Shown piece after piece: positions 41,518 through 49,964 of a stretch of 51,585 bases of DNA; the stretch's first letter is position 1; each line of letters begins with the position of its first letter. This DNA comes from a bacterium (GTDB lineage: Bacteria; Zhuqueibacterota; Zhuqueibacteria; Residuimicrobiales; Residuimicrobiaceae), in contig DAOOPF010000006.1 of the NCBI GenBank assembly GCA_035388125.1, forward strand, positions 1 through 51,585, written 5' to 3'. A program made the position numbers and the translations under genes. The notes beneath the pieces were generated by a model. The model had not been told where the DNA came from, did no database searches, and was given only the letters and a program-made list of their open reading frames with translations.

Positions 41518-43613
41518 GATTCGCTCCGCTCCACATTCTGCATGCGAGCGATCACACTCTTGATCAGGATCTCTGCATCCAGAAATGGCGAATAATTTTT
41601 CATGTAAAAGAGCCGCAGACGTTCCCGCTCCTCTTCGGAGAGAGCGGGTGCGTGATCAGCCTCTTCCATACTAGTCAACCCCGGTTTCAGGGACCAGGCC
41701 AGGCTCGAACGGGCCGGACTGCTCTCCGGGCTGGGGCCGACGAAACTCATCCGTCCGCGCCAGATGGCCGCTATTCTCGGCAGGAGCCGCCACCACTCTC
41801 CCCCCTCGCCAGTGCTTTCCCACTCCTGCACTGAAAAGTTCTGCCGCTGCACCCCCGCATAGGTCACCGGCCTGCGTCGCCGGCCGCGCACCCAGCGCTG
41901 CCACAGCCATACCGGCCAGGCCAGAAACAGAATGAGCGAAGCCAGCGTAAAGTCGAGGATGCGCTTGAGGACGCGATAGATGGGGCTTTGCAGCTTGTAG
42001 TTGATCTCCATCAGCGGCACATCCTCGATGTACTCGATCGAAGCCTTGCCGATGATGACATCCATACTGCTCGGCACGAGCTTAAAGCTCACCTGCTCAT
42101 GCGTCGAGGCCGAGATGATGGCCAGCATCTCCTGATAGGGCAGGCGGTCGGTGGCGAAGATGACCTCCTGGACCCTCTCCCTGCGGAGAAGATCATGGAT
42201 GTGGGCAAGCCCTCCATAGACGGGAATCCCCTCGATCGCAGTGATCTCCTCCTCGGGCTGCGGCAGGACCACAGCACGGACCTCGTAGGCGGCATCGAGC
42301 CGGCGCCGCAGACGCGAGACCAGGGCCTCGCTGCTGGCGCGATCTCCGACCAGTATGGCTGTGCGGCGCAGCACCAGCTGGCCGAGTCTGCGGGAGAAGA
42401 AGCGCCCCTGCATCTGGGCGGCGAGCTTGAGCAGCATGCGCCAGCCGGGGAGCAGCAGCAGATTGAGCGCCCCGGCGTAAAGGACGACGAGGCGGGAGAA
42501 ACCGATCTGCTTGAAGAAGAAGGTGATGGCGCTGTTGATCACCAGCCCGATCAGCACAGCCACGGTGGTCCTGGCCACCGAGAGCCGCCAGGAAGTATAG
42601 ACCCCCTGCATAAAGAGGGCCGCCAGCCAGATCGTGCTGTAGACAAGGTGCACAATGAGAAAGGCGTCCCAGGGGAAGCGGGGTGAAAAGCGCAGATAGA
42701 CCGCTGCCGCCAGCGCGAGAGTCATCAGCATCAGATCCAGCAGCGGCCAGACCGCGCTGCGCAGCGCGGCGGAGAGCAGGGCAGCCAGGGCGCGCAGGCG
42801 AATCGCCACGATCAGGGTCCAGGAGGGGATCCAGGCGCTGTTTTTTCGAAAGTGCTTGTTGACAAAGAGGCGCATGGCCTCGTAGAAGAGGCGGCGCTGT
42901 TCAAAAGGGCTGCGTTTTGAGCTCTCGCCCTTGAAATGAATGATCCGAGTATCGGGCACATAGTAGATCTTCCAGCCCGCCGACAGGATGCGGAAGCAGT
43001 AATCGAGATCCTCTCCGTACATGAAGAAAGAGTCGTCGAGATAACCGACCTGATGGACCGCCTCGCGGCGCAGGAGCATGAAAGAGCCGGAGATCGCCTC
43101 CACCTCGCTGGTCTTGTCCTCGTCCAGGAAGGTGAGGTTGTATCGTCCGAAGAGCGGGCTCTTCGGAAAGAGGGCGGCCAGCCCGATGATTTTGGCAAAG
43201 GCGACCCAGGGCGTGGGGAAGCTTCTGCGGCAGGCCAGCTGCAGCGTGCCGTCAGGGTTGAGAATCTTGCAGCCGACCGCCCCGGCCTCGGGATGCCCGT
43301 TTAAAAAGCCGATCAGGGTTGAGAAGGTATCTTCCTGAACAATGGTATCTGGATTGATCAGGCAGATATAGCGTCCGGTCGCCTTTTCCAGCGCCAGGTT
43401 GTTGCCGCCGGCGAAGCCGAGGTTTTCGGCGCTGGCGATGAGGTGAACGCCGGGGAAGCGGCGGCGGACGAACTCGGCGCTGCCATCCATGGAGTTGTTG
43501 TCGACGACGAAAAGCTCATGGTCGATTCCTGCAACGGCGCGTTCGATGGAGATGAGCGCCTGCTCGAGGAATTCGCGCACATTATAGCTGACGATTATGA
43601 TGCTCAGAGTCAT
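41514..43613 (-). CDS. family-2 glycosyltransferase fused to a polytopic WbaP-like polyprenyl-phosphate sugar-transferase scaffold
   Basis: Trimmed to the ATG at 43613 ([16 protein letters not shown]). The GT2 DxD context is CLINPDT. Several TM helices lie in the middle. The C-terminal [22 protein letters not shown] ... [10 protein letters not shown] resembles Bac_transf, but I could not find KFRTM-like or DELPQ-like motifs. Confidence 0.6.
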   Translation of the reverse strand: MTLSIIIVSYNVREFLEQALISIERAVAGIDHELFVVDNNSMDGSAEFVRRRFPGVHLIASAENLGFAGGNNLALEKATGRYICLINPDTIVQEDTFSTLIGFLNGHPEAGAVGCKILNPDGTLQLACRRSFPTPWVAFAKIIGLAALFPKSPLFGRYNLTFLDEDKTSEVEAISGSFMLLRREAVHQVGYLDDSFFMYGEDLDYCFRILSAGWKIYYVPDTRIIHFKGESSKRSPFEQRRLFYEAMRLFVNKHFRKNSAWIPSWTLIVAIRLRALAALLSAALRSAVWPLLDLMLMTLALAAAVYLRFSPRFPWDAFLIVHLVYSTIWLAALFMQGVYTSWRLSVARTTVAVLIGLVINSAITFFFKQIGFSRLVVLYAGALNLLLLPGWRMLLKLAAQMQGRFFSRRLGQLVLRRTAILVGDRASSEALVSRLRRRLDAAYEVRAVVLPQPEEEITAIEGIPVYGGLAHIHDLLRRERVQEVIFATDRLPYQEMLAIISASTHEQVSFKLVPSSMDVIIGKASIEYIEDVPLMEINYKLQSPIYRVLKRILDFTLASLILFLAWPVWLWQRWVRGRRRRPVTYAGVQRQNFSVQEWESTGEGGEWWRLLPRIAAIWRGRMSFVGPSPESSPARSSLAWSLKPGLTSMEEADHAPALSEEERERLRLFYMKNYSPFLDAEILIKSVIARMQNVERSES

Positions 43614-43653
43614 GCACTGGCCATAGGTCGCATGCGGAAAATGATTATTAACA

Positions 43654-43682
43654 AACATACAAAAAAAGCGGCTGATTCGCAA
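43654..43682 (-). promoter_or_regulatory. sigma-70-type promoter candidate for the GT2-accA string
   Basis: The minus strand reads TTGCGA (43677-43682), a 17-nt spacer, then TATGTT (43654-43659), between the tRNA terminator and the ATG at 43613. Confidence 0.3.
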
Positions 43683-43730
43683 CTGAATAGTATGGCAAAA
43701 TGAGCGCGATTCATTTTTCGCCGTCCACAT

Positions 43731-43759
43731 AAAAAAAGGGCGGCAATAAGTTGCCGCCC
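43731..43759 (-). terminator. rho-independent terminator after the tRNA pair
   Basis: 9-bp stem gggcggcaa / ttgccgccc with loop taag (43738-43759). On the minus strand it is followed by TTTTTTT (the + strand A-run at 43731-43737). Confidence 0.8.
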
Positions 43760-43766
43760 GGATCAG

Positions 43767-43838
43767 TGTCCCCAAGGGGATTCGAACCCCTGTTACGGGA
43801 TCGAAAATCCCGAGTCCTGACCCCTAGACGATGGGGAC
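43767..43838 (-). tRNA. tRNA-Glu (anticodon UUC)
   Basis: The reverse complement GTCCCCATCGTCTAGGGGTCAGGACTCGGGATTTTCGATCCCGTAACAGGGGTTCGAATCCCCTTGGGGACA folds as a cloverleaf. The anticodon loop is TTTTCGA. It is near-collinear with E. coli tRNA-Glu. CCA is not encoded. Confidence 0.9.
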
Positions 43839-43864
43839 AATGCAACAGGTCAAATGTATGGGAG

Positions 43865-43939
43865 GGTGAGTGACGGGACTTGAACCCGCGGCCACCAGGG
43901 CCACAACCTGGTGCTCTATCCAACTGAGCTACACCCACC
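43865..43939 (-). tRNA. tRNA-His (anticodon GUG) with encoded G-1
   Basis: The reverse complement GGTGGGTGTAGCTCAGTTGGATAGAGCACCAGGTTGTGGCCCTGGTGGCCGCGGGTTCAAGTCCCGTCACTCACC has the anticodon loop TTGTGGC. An extra 5' G is opposite C73. CCA is not encoded. Confidence 0.9.
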
Positions 43940-43964
43940 GTGGCGATTTTTACTCAAGAGTGTT

Positions 43965-43993
43965 AATTTATGAATTTATTTATTTCAAATCAA
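43965..43993 (-). promoter_or_regulatory. sigma-70-type promoter for the tRNA-His/tRNA-Glu unit
   Basis: The minus strand reads TTGATT (43988-43993), a 17-nt spacer, then TAAATT (43965-43970), about 25 nt upstream of the tRNA-His 5' end. Confidence 0.5.
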
Positions 43994-44000
43994 GTGATTT

Positions 44001-44750
44001 TTATCGTGTGTGCGATAAATTCGCCATGGCCAGTTGAAAACGATCCGGATAGTTGGTTATGATTGAGTCCACGTTCAGCTCGATCATGCGCTCGATCTCT
44101 TCCACCCGGTTGACAGTCCAGGCGCAGACCCGGATTCCCCGCGCATGGGCGACATCGATCCATTCGCTGGAGAGCAGGCTCTGTTCTACACTCCAGACGG
44201 GCCACCGGAAAAGCAGTTCATCGGGCGGCCAGGTGCTGGCGAAGATCAATCCCATCCTGATGCCGGGCAGGAGCGGAGCGAGGCTGAGCAGATTCCGGGG
44301 GTCGAAGGAGGTGCAGATGAGCCGCCCCGGATCCTCCACCCTTTCGAGGAGAGCGGCGGCCTTTTCCGCCAGCCGCACCGGTTCGCGGACTGTTTTGAGT
44401 TCGATATTAAGGCGCCAGCCGGGAGGGCCAAGCTGCAGTATATCCGCCAAAACGGGGATGCGCTCACCCGGAAAGGCGGGGTTGAACCAGCGGCCGGCTT
44501 CCAGTTTTTGCAGATCGCGCCAGAGGAACTGATCAACACGGCCGCTGCCGTTGGTCGTGCGCTGCAGGGTATCGTCATGAATGACGACGAGTTCGTCGTC
44601 CAGTGAGAGCTGCACATCCAGCTCGCTGCCGTCCGCTCCGAGCTCAATCGCCCGCCTGAAGGCCGCCAGGGTGAGTTCGGGAGCATGCCCTGAAGCTCCG
44701 CGGTGAGCGAGGAGGAGCGGCCGGTCGGCGAGGAAAAATTGTTCAGTCAC
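44001..44750 (-). CDS. glycerophosphodiester phosphodiesterase
   Basis: LLLAHRGASGHAPELTLAAF and ELDVQLSLDDELVVIHDDTLQRTTNGSG motifs, with a C-terminal ...VDSIITNYPD. Confidence 0.8.
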   Translation of the reverse strand: MTEQFFLADRPLLLAHRGASGHAPELTLAAFRRAIELGADGSELDVQLSLDDELVVIHDDTLQRTTNGSGRVDQFLWRDLQKLEAGRWFNPAFPGERIPVLADILQLGPPGWRLNIELKTVREPVRLAEKAAALLERVEDPGRLICTSFDPRNLLSLAPLLPGIRMGLIFASTWPPDELLFRWPVWSVEQSLLSSEWIDVAHARGIRVCAWTVNRVEEIERMIELNVDSIITNYPDRFQLAMANLSHTR

Positions 44751-44774
44751 ACCAATTCCCTTCCGGGCGATGTT

Positions 44775-45956
44775 CTATTCTGCGATCAACTGAGCGACGG
44801 CCCGGTCCAGTTTCTCCTCCGAGGCGGGACCGGAGCCGATGGCATATTCGCGCACAATACCTTTTTTGTCGATCAGCACCATATGGGGGATGCCGTAGAC
44901 TCCATAGGAGGTTTCATTGGCTGCGGCCTCCTCCCCCTCTGCGACGGCATAGGGAAAAGGGATCTGGTGGTGCTGCTTGAATTTGACAATCCATTCGAAT
45001 TCATCGGCGGGAGCGATTCCGGTCAGGTTTTGTCCGAGCTGGTTAAAGCGGCCATAGTAGCGGGTCAAGCCGATGATGACCAGCCCCTTTTCATGGTACT
45101 CCCCGTAGAGCTTTTTGAGATGGGGGAACATCGCCCGGCATGGGCCGCACCAGGGAGCCCAAAAGTCGAGCAGGACCACTTTGCCCCGCAGCCCCTTCAG
45201 GTTCAGGGGTTGCGAATCGATCCATTTACCCGCCCGCCACTCGGCAGCAGGGGCATTGATGAGGTTGAAAAGGCTGGATTTGGCTGTGATGGCGCGCTGC
45301 AGCCGCGCTTCTGTATCGCCGCTCTTTTTCAGCTCCTCAAGCAGGCCGAGAGCGGCGGTTTTATCGCCCTTCTGGAAGAGCAGGTCGGCTTTTTCGATGA
45401 TCAGGCTGCCGCGGGCATTCGCGGGCAGAGCGGCAATACCGGCATCGGCCGCAGCTATAGCTTTATCCAGTTGATTTTGTTCCTGATAGCCGTAGAGAAG
45501 ATTGAGATAATAGTCACCGGCTTCGTCGCCCACGAGGAGTTTGAGTTTGTTATTGAAGAGTTGTTCCGCCCTGGCAACCTCGCCCTTCTGCACGTAGAGG
45601 TTGAAGAGCATGGCGAGGGGCTCCTTTTCAGCGCCGGCCGGAGCGTATTTTTCCAGCAGGATCAGCGCCGAATCGCTCTTGCCGGCGGCAAAGAAGAGGC
45701 GGGCGGCGGCGTGATAGTTCTCCCCGCCAACCTTGACAGGATTCACCCCGCTGATGTAGGAGAGAGCCTTTTCCCGGCGCGCGGTCCGCAGGCTGTCCAT
45801 GTTGCGCAAGCCTGCCGCGCGCGCCTTGATGATCAGACTGTCCACTTCCACCGCCTTTTTATCCAGATCGACATAAGCCTCCTTCTGGCAGGCGAAGGCA
45901 AAGAGGGCCAGCAGTGCGAAAACAGCGGCAATGGTTCTTGTCATCATTTTCTCCAA
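44775..45956 (-). CDS. lipoprotein with TPR-like region and TlpA/ResA-like thioredoxin domain
   Basis: Lipobox-like ALLALFAFAC. The C-terminal VVLLDFWAPWCGPCRAMFPHL has the CxxC active site. Confidence 0.75.
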   Translation of the reverse strand: MEKMMTRTIAAVFALLALFAFACQKEAYVDLDKKAVEVDSLIIKARAAGLRNMDSLRTARREKALSYISGVNPVKVGGENYHAAARLFFAAGKSDSALILLEKYAPAGAEKEPLAMLFNLYVQKGEVARAEQLFNNKLKLLVGDEAGDYYLNLLYGYQEQNQLDKAIAAADAGIAALPANARGSLIIEKADLLFQKGDKTAALGLLEELKKSGDTEARLQRAITAKSSLFNLINAPAAEWRAGKWIDSQPLNLKGLRGKVVLLDFWAPWCGPCRAMFPHLKKLYGEYHEKGLVIIGLTRYYGRFNQLGQNLTGIAPADEFEWIVKFKQHHQIPFPYAVAEGEEAAANETSYGVYGIPHMVLIDKKGIVREYAIGSGPASEEKLDRAVAQLIAE

Positions 45957-45974
45957 TGGTTGAGTCCTGAAGGT

Positions 45975-48107
45975 CTACTGCAGGCCGAGTTCCTGCAGCA
46001 GTGTATGGGCGCGCGAGACCTGTTCGAGAACCCAGAGTATGTAGCGCACATCGACGCCGATCGAGCGGCTGTAGGAGCTGCTCCAGGCATAATCGTTGAT
46101 GGTGGCTTCAAAGGCGCGATCAAAATTGAGGCCGATCAGCTCACCGCGCCCATTGAGGACGGGGCTGCCGGAGTTGCCGCCGGTGGTATCCATATCATAG
46201 AGAATGTTCACCGGCACCTGTCCCAGATCAGGGTTGATATAGGGACCGGCGACGCTTCTGGCGCAGGCGTCAAGCAGGGCCCGGGGAGCATCGAAGGGCT
46301 CCTCCCCCCTGTTCTTCTCGATAATGCCGTCAAGGGTGGTGAAGGGGGCATAGTAGACAGCGTCGCGCGGGGCATAACCGCGGATATGGCCGTAGGTAAA
46401 ACGGAGGGTGCCGTTGGCGTCGGGGATAAAGTCGTGGCCGTCAGCCGCCTGTTTGATATCCACGTAATCCGCCATCAGCTGTTCCAGCCTGGCGCTGCCG
46501 GCGCGCCGGGCCTCACGCTGAATCTGAAAATCGGGATAGAGACCGGCCGCCAGTTTAATGAAGGGGTCTCCGGTCTTGAGCAGTTCTGCGGAAGGCTTGC
46601 CGAAGAGCTGTAGCGCCCAGGCAGCCTCCTTGAGCCGGCTGCTGTTAAAAGCCTCATCGAGGAATTTGCCCAGTTTCCTGCCTTTGGGCAGCCGTGCGAT
46701 GGCCGCGGGCTGCTGACCGGCGGGAAGGGCCTGCATTTTCTCGATGAGTTCACCAAGGAAGAGGCGTTCCCGCGGGAGATAAAAATCGGCGAGGGAGAGC
46801 GGCAGCCGTTCTCTGGTGCGGGTCAGATTGCGCTCCATAAAGGGACTGTCGCGCTCAAGATCGGGCTTGGCCATCTCGACGGAAGATTGATAGAGGGTAT
46901 AGGCGGTCGAGAGCAGCGCGGAGCTTCTCAGCAGGGCATCCATGAGCTTCTCGGATTCGAAACGGCTGGAGATATCCGCATAGTAGGCGGCGATCTCCGG
47001 CAGCACTGTGCTGTAGCGGCTCTGGCGTGCCGTATCGGCGGCGATAAATTCCGCCAGCCGGACCTCCTCATGCCGTTTGCGCTCCACGAGGTTGAGGCGT
47101 TCGACGCCGAGCAGTTTGCCCTGGTAATTTTTCCAGGTATTGGCCAGGCCCTTGATCGGCGAGGCGAGTTTGAGGGCGACAGCGCGATCTGCTTTGCTCA
47201 TCTCCTCCATGGTTTCGATCTGGTGGCCGTACCATTCGACGATCCAGGGCATGCGCAGCCCGCTTTCATACTCAAGATAGTGCGAGGTTGTATGCCGATA
47301 GGTCCGCCCGGGATAGCCGAGAATGAAGGCGAGGTCGCCCTCGCGGGCGCCTTTGGCGGCAATCGGCAGGTAGATGCGCGGGGAGTATGGGACATTTTCC
47401 GGGGCGTATTCCGCGGGACTGCCGTCGGGGGCCACATAAGCGCGCATGAGAGAGAAATCGCCGGTGTGGCGCGGCCAGACCCAGTTATCTTCTTCACCGC
47501 CAAAGTTGCCGATGCCGTGGGGTGGGGCATAAACCAGGCGGACATCAGTAAGATAGGTGTAGATAAAGAGCACATAGCTTTTGCCGGGGAACATCTCAGC
47601 GAGTTCGACGCGCTTGCCGGGATTTTCCTTTTCTGCAGCAGCGATCAATTCCTTGCTCTTCTGTTCCTTGGCTTTGGCTCTGGCGGCGAAATCGCCGGCT
47701 GCGGCCACCGCATCGAGGAGCTGCCGCGAGACATCCACATAGTCTTCAGTAATGCGCACGGTAAAGCCCCGGGCGGGGAACTCTGTGGCATGGGTGGCGG
47801 CATAAAAGCCATCGTGGAGATAGTCGTGCTCGGCGCTGCTGGCGCGCTGGATAGCGGAGAAGGCGCAGTGATGATTGGTGAGAATAAGCCCCTGCGGCGA
47901 AATAAAGGAGCCGGTGCAGCCGCCGATATTGATGATAGCGCCGGTGAGGCTGAGGCTGTCGGGATTGAAAATGGACCCGGCGGAAAGTTCAAAGCCGGCC
48001 TGGCGCAGGTCGAGTCTGTTCAGTTCACTCATGGGGAACATGCCCTCCTCGGCGAGGCCGAGTGAGGCGAGGAGGATCAGTAAAAGGGGGATTTTGGTCA
48101 GACGCAT
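45975..48107 (-). CDS. S46-family dipeptidyl-peptidase (DPP7/DPP11-like), secreted
   Basis: Trimmed to the ATG at 48107, which follows AGGAG (MRLTKIPLLLILLASLGLA). Motifs are EGMFPMSEL, GCTGSFISPQGLILTNHHCA (His) and TTGGNSGSPVLNGRGELIGLNFD (Ser). Confidence 0.85.
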   Translation of the reverse strand: MRLTKIPLLLILLASLGLAEEGMFPMSELNRLDLRQAGFELSAGSIFNPDSLSLTGAIINIGGCTGSFISPQGLILTNHHCAFSAIQRASSAEHDYLHDGFYAATHATEFPARGFTVRITEDYVDVSRQLLDAVAAAGDFAARAKAKEQKSKELIAAAEKENPGKRVELAEMFPGKSYVLFIYTYLTDVRLVYAPPHGIGNFGGEEDNWVWPRHTGDFSLMRAYVAPDGSPAEYAPENVPYSPRIYLPIAAKGAREGDLAFILGYPGRTYRHTTSHYLEYESGLRMPWIVEWYGHQIETMEEMSKADRAVALKLASPIKGLANTWKNYQGKLLGVERLNLVERKRHEEVRLAEFIAADTARQSRYSTVLPEIAAYYADISSRFESEKLMDALLRSSALLSTAYTLYQSSVEMAKPDLERDSPFMERNLTRTRERLPLSLADFYLPRERLFLGELIEKMQALPAGQQPAAIARLPKGRKLGKFLDEAFNSSRLKEAAWALQLFGKPSAELLKTGDPFIKLAAGLYPDFQIQREARRAGSARLEQLMADYVDIKQAADGHDFIPDANGTLRFTYGHIRGYAPRDAVYYAPFTTLDGIIEKNRGEEPFDAPRALLDACARSVAGPYINPDLGQVPVNILYDMDTTGGNSGSPVLNGRGELIGLNFDRAFEATINDYAWSSSYSRSIGVDVRYILWVLEQVSRAHTLLQELGLQ

Positions 48108-48198
48108 GACGGACTCCTGCTGGGAAAATGGCATAGGAATTGACAGCTCAAAGATAGAAAAAAAAGGGCAAAGAAGAAAGAAGAAAGTCGCGGGGGTG

Positions 48199-48238
48199 CA
48201 AAAATGGAACGGCCCCGGCCGTGGTGGCGGCTGGGGCC
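48199..48238 (-). terminator. probable rho-independent terminator after the EBP-like gene
   Basis: GC-rich stem ggccccggcc / ggctggggcc (48211-48220 / 48229-48238, one mismatch). On the minus strand it is followed, after 5 nt, by TTTTT. Confidence 0.45.
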
Positions 48239-48292
48239 GAAAGCTGGTACAAGTTTTGTGGAGCATCGCCGGCTAAGGAGCTGTGCGCCCTT

Positions 48293-49252
48293 TTATTCGT
48301 TGCCCATGATGAACTCTTCCTTACGGATGCCGAGCTTTTTCATCTTGAAGCGCAAATTGGGCTCGGAAAGATGGAGCACCTGAGCGGCGCGCGACTGATT
48401 GCCGGCGAACCGGCGCAGGGCGCGTTCGATCATCTCCTTCTCGAGCTGCGCCACAGCGCGGTTGAGGCTCTGCAGTTCAACGCGCTGGAACTTTTCTGCC
48501 TCGTCGACAAAGGGAAGGGCCTCCATCAGCAGCATGCCTTCCGGGGAGGAGACCACAACGCTGCGGACAGCGTTCTCCATCTCCTTGACGTTGCCCGGCC
48601 AGGAGTATTTCAAGATCTGATGAAAGATCTCGAAGGGCATGGGTGGCACAGTGCGGCCGATTTTTCGGCAGAAATAATCGAGATAGAATTCAAAAAAGGC
48701 GACAATATCCTGTTTACGTTCCCGCAGGGAGGGCAGTTTGACGGTCATGGCGCTGAGGGTGAGATAGAGTTCCGAGTTAAAGATTCCCTCTTTGGCATAT
48801 TCCTGCAGTTTGCCGGTAGCGGTGGAGATAATGCGGAATTCGGCGGCGATGGGCTCGGCGTGAGCCTGAAGCTGGAGGTATCCTCCCTGAGCGAAGCTCA
48901 TCAGGCGAGCCTGCGATTCGCGGTCCAGGTATTCCAGATTCTGGACGATCAGCGTGCCGCGCAGTCCCTCTTCCGAGGAGTGTTCTTGCTGCTGGAGCAG
49001 GGACTGGATCTCCTGATCGAAGGTTTTGTTGAGTTTGGCGGCGTCGGTAATGAAAACGGGTGCTTTTTTGCGGGCGCTGTTATCGATGACAAGTTTGGCA
49101 ATCAGCAGCTTTTCGGTGCCAGGTTCGCCGGTGATCAATACGGGTTGATCGCCCTTGGCGAGGATCGGAATGGAACGGCGGATCTGAAAGATCGCCGGAG
49201 AATGACCAATCAAATCCTCCTGGACGAGATATTCCTCCCAGAGCTTGCTCAT
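48293..49252 (-). CDS. degenerate sigma-54 enhancer-binding-protein homologue (AAA+ core without GAFTGA, C-terminal Fis-type HTH, no N-terminal sensor domain)
   Basis: LIGHSPAIFQI, VLITGEPGTEKLL (the Walker A G-K is replaced by E-K), GTLIVQNLEYL (the Walker B DE is replaced by QN), LPSLRERKQDI, SWPGNVKEMENAV and HTH GNQSRAAQVLHLSEPNLRFKMKKLGI. No GAFTGA-like loop is present anywhere in the translation. Confidence 0.7.
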   Translation of the reverse strand: MSKLWEEYLVQEDLIGHSPAIFQIRRSIPILAKGDQPVLITGEPGTEKLLIAKLVIDNSARKKAPVFITDAAKLNKTFDQEIQSLLQQQEHSSEEGLRGTLIVQNLEYLDRESQARLMSFAQGGYLQLQAHAEPIAAEFRIISTATGKLQEYAKEGIFNSELYLTLSAMTVKLPSLRERKQDIVAFFEFYLDYFCRKIGRTVPPMPFEIFHQILKYSWPGNVKEMENAVRSVVVSSPEGMLLMEALPFVDEAEKFQRVELQSLNRAVAQLEKEMIERALRRFAGNQSRAAQVLHLSEPNLRFKMKKLGIRKEEFIMGNE

Positions 49253-49453
49253 AGGGTGCTTCCCTTAATATGCCAATGCATAAGGTGCCAATATCTAATA
49301 GAATCAGTGTGTTAGCCGTTCAGATGATGTCGGAGGCAAGGCAGAGTGGAGAGAGATTGTCACAAGAGTATTACACCTCTATCCCTCTTAATATTATCTC
49401 TTTTACGGTCAAAAAGCAAGCAAAAAATCATAAAAAGAAATAAATTTCGTAAT

Positions 49454-49495
49454 AAAAAAACCGGCCTGTCACGATGTAGATGTGACAAGCCGGTT
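49454..49495 (-). terminator. rho-independent terminator after the small exported-protein gene
   Basis: 14-bp stem aaccggcctgtcac / gtgacaagccggtt (49459-49472 / 49482-49495, one mismatch, C:A) with a 9-nt loop. On the minus strand it is followed by TTTTTTTATT. Confidence 0.8.
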
Positions 49496-49527
49496 CCTGT
49501 GAGGAGACACAGTTAAACTTGAACGCT

Positions 49528-49899
49528 TCAGACCGAGGAGGCGTAGTGCTGGAGTTTGATCCGGATGCGTCTGACCATTTCGGCCTGACGGCCCTGGATC
49601 GTGGCATTCTCGATCATGCCCAGGCAAATCTTCGCCTCCCTGGCGGTGACATTGAGAACGACAGTCCGGGATGAATCCTGAAAGAGAGCGACCTGCCGCG
49701 CGCCCTCGCGCAGTTTTGCCGACAGGTCAGCCAGTCCTTCTATGTCTGAGCCCTTGACGATGGTATGATCGAAAAGCGTGAGCATGCTCTCCATCTCCAG
49801 CCGGTTGAGCCGAAGGGACTTGTCCTGAGCGATGTTGACACTGAGGCTCAGGAAAAAGAGAAAAGTCATCATGGCCAGCAGGGCAAAAAAGTGTTTCAT
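49528..49899 (-). CDS. small exported or membrane-anchored hypothetical protein
   Basis: 123 aa. The hydrophobic N-terminus is MKHFFALLAMMTFLFFLSLSVNIAQ. AGGAGG lies 5 nt upstream of the ATG. No family was recognised. Confidence 0.6.
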   Translation of the reverse strand: MKHFFALLAMMTFLFFLSLSVNIAQDKSLRLNRLEMESMLTLFDHTIVKGSDIEGLADLSAKLREGARQVALFQDSSRTVVLNVTAREAKICLGMIENATIQGRQAEMVRRIRIKLQHYASSV

Positions 49900-49948
49900 C
49901 CAGCCTCCTGTCGGATCTACACAATCCTTGCAGCGACACTAATCCTGA

Positions 49949-49964
49949 TGCAAGCTGTGTGCCA
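49949..49964 (-). promoter_or_regulatory. sigma-54 (-24/-12) promoter
   Basis: The minus strand reads TGGCAC-acagc-TTGCA, an exact match to the TGGCAC-N5-TTGCW consensus. It ends 49 nt upstream of the ATG at 49899. Confidence 0.75.

Noticed and set aside
43711-43938. 75-aa minus-strand ORF
   Set aside because: It is the translation of the tRNA-His/tRNA-Glu genes and their terminator, so it is not a protein gene.
44703-46613. 636-aa plus-strand ORF
   Set aside because: It is antisense to the TlpA-like lipoprotein and S46 peptidase genes. It shows no motifs, and both opposite-strand genes have catalytic signatures.
48129-48144. TGGCAT-aggaa-TTGAC on the plus strand
   Set aside because: The critical -12 GC reads GA. 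The element points into the 3' end of a convergent gene, with no plus-strand gene downstream.
49266-49295. Two TTGGCA(C/T) elements upstream of the EBP-like gene, considered as sigma-54 promoters
   Set aside because: The GC of the would-be -12 element is 2 nt too close for the first copy (TGGCAC-cttat-GCAT) and absent for the second. I kept the elements only as a repeat or operator candidate.
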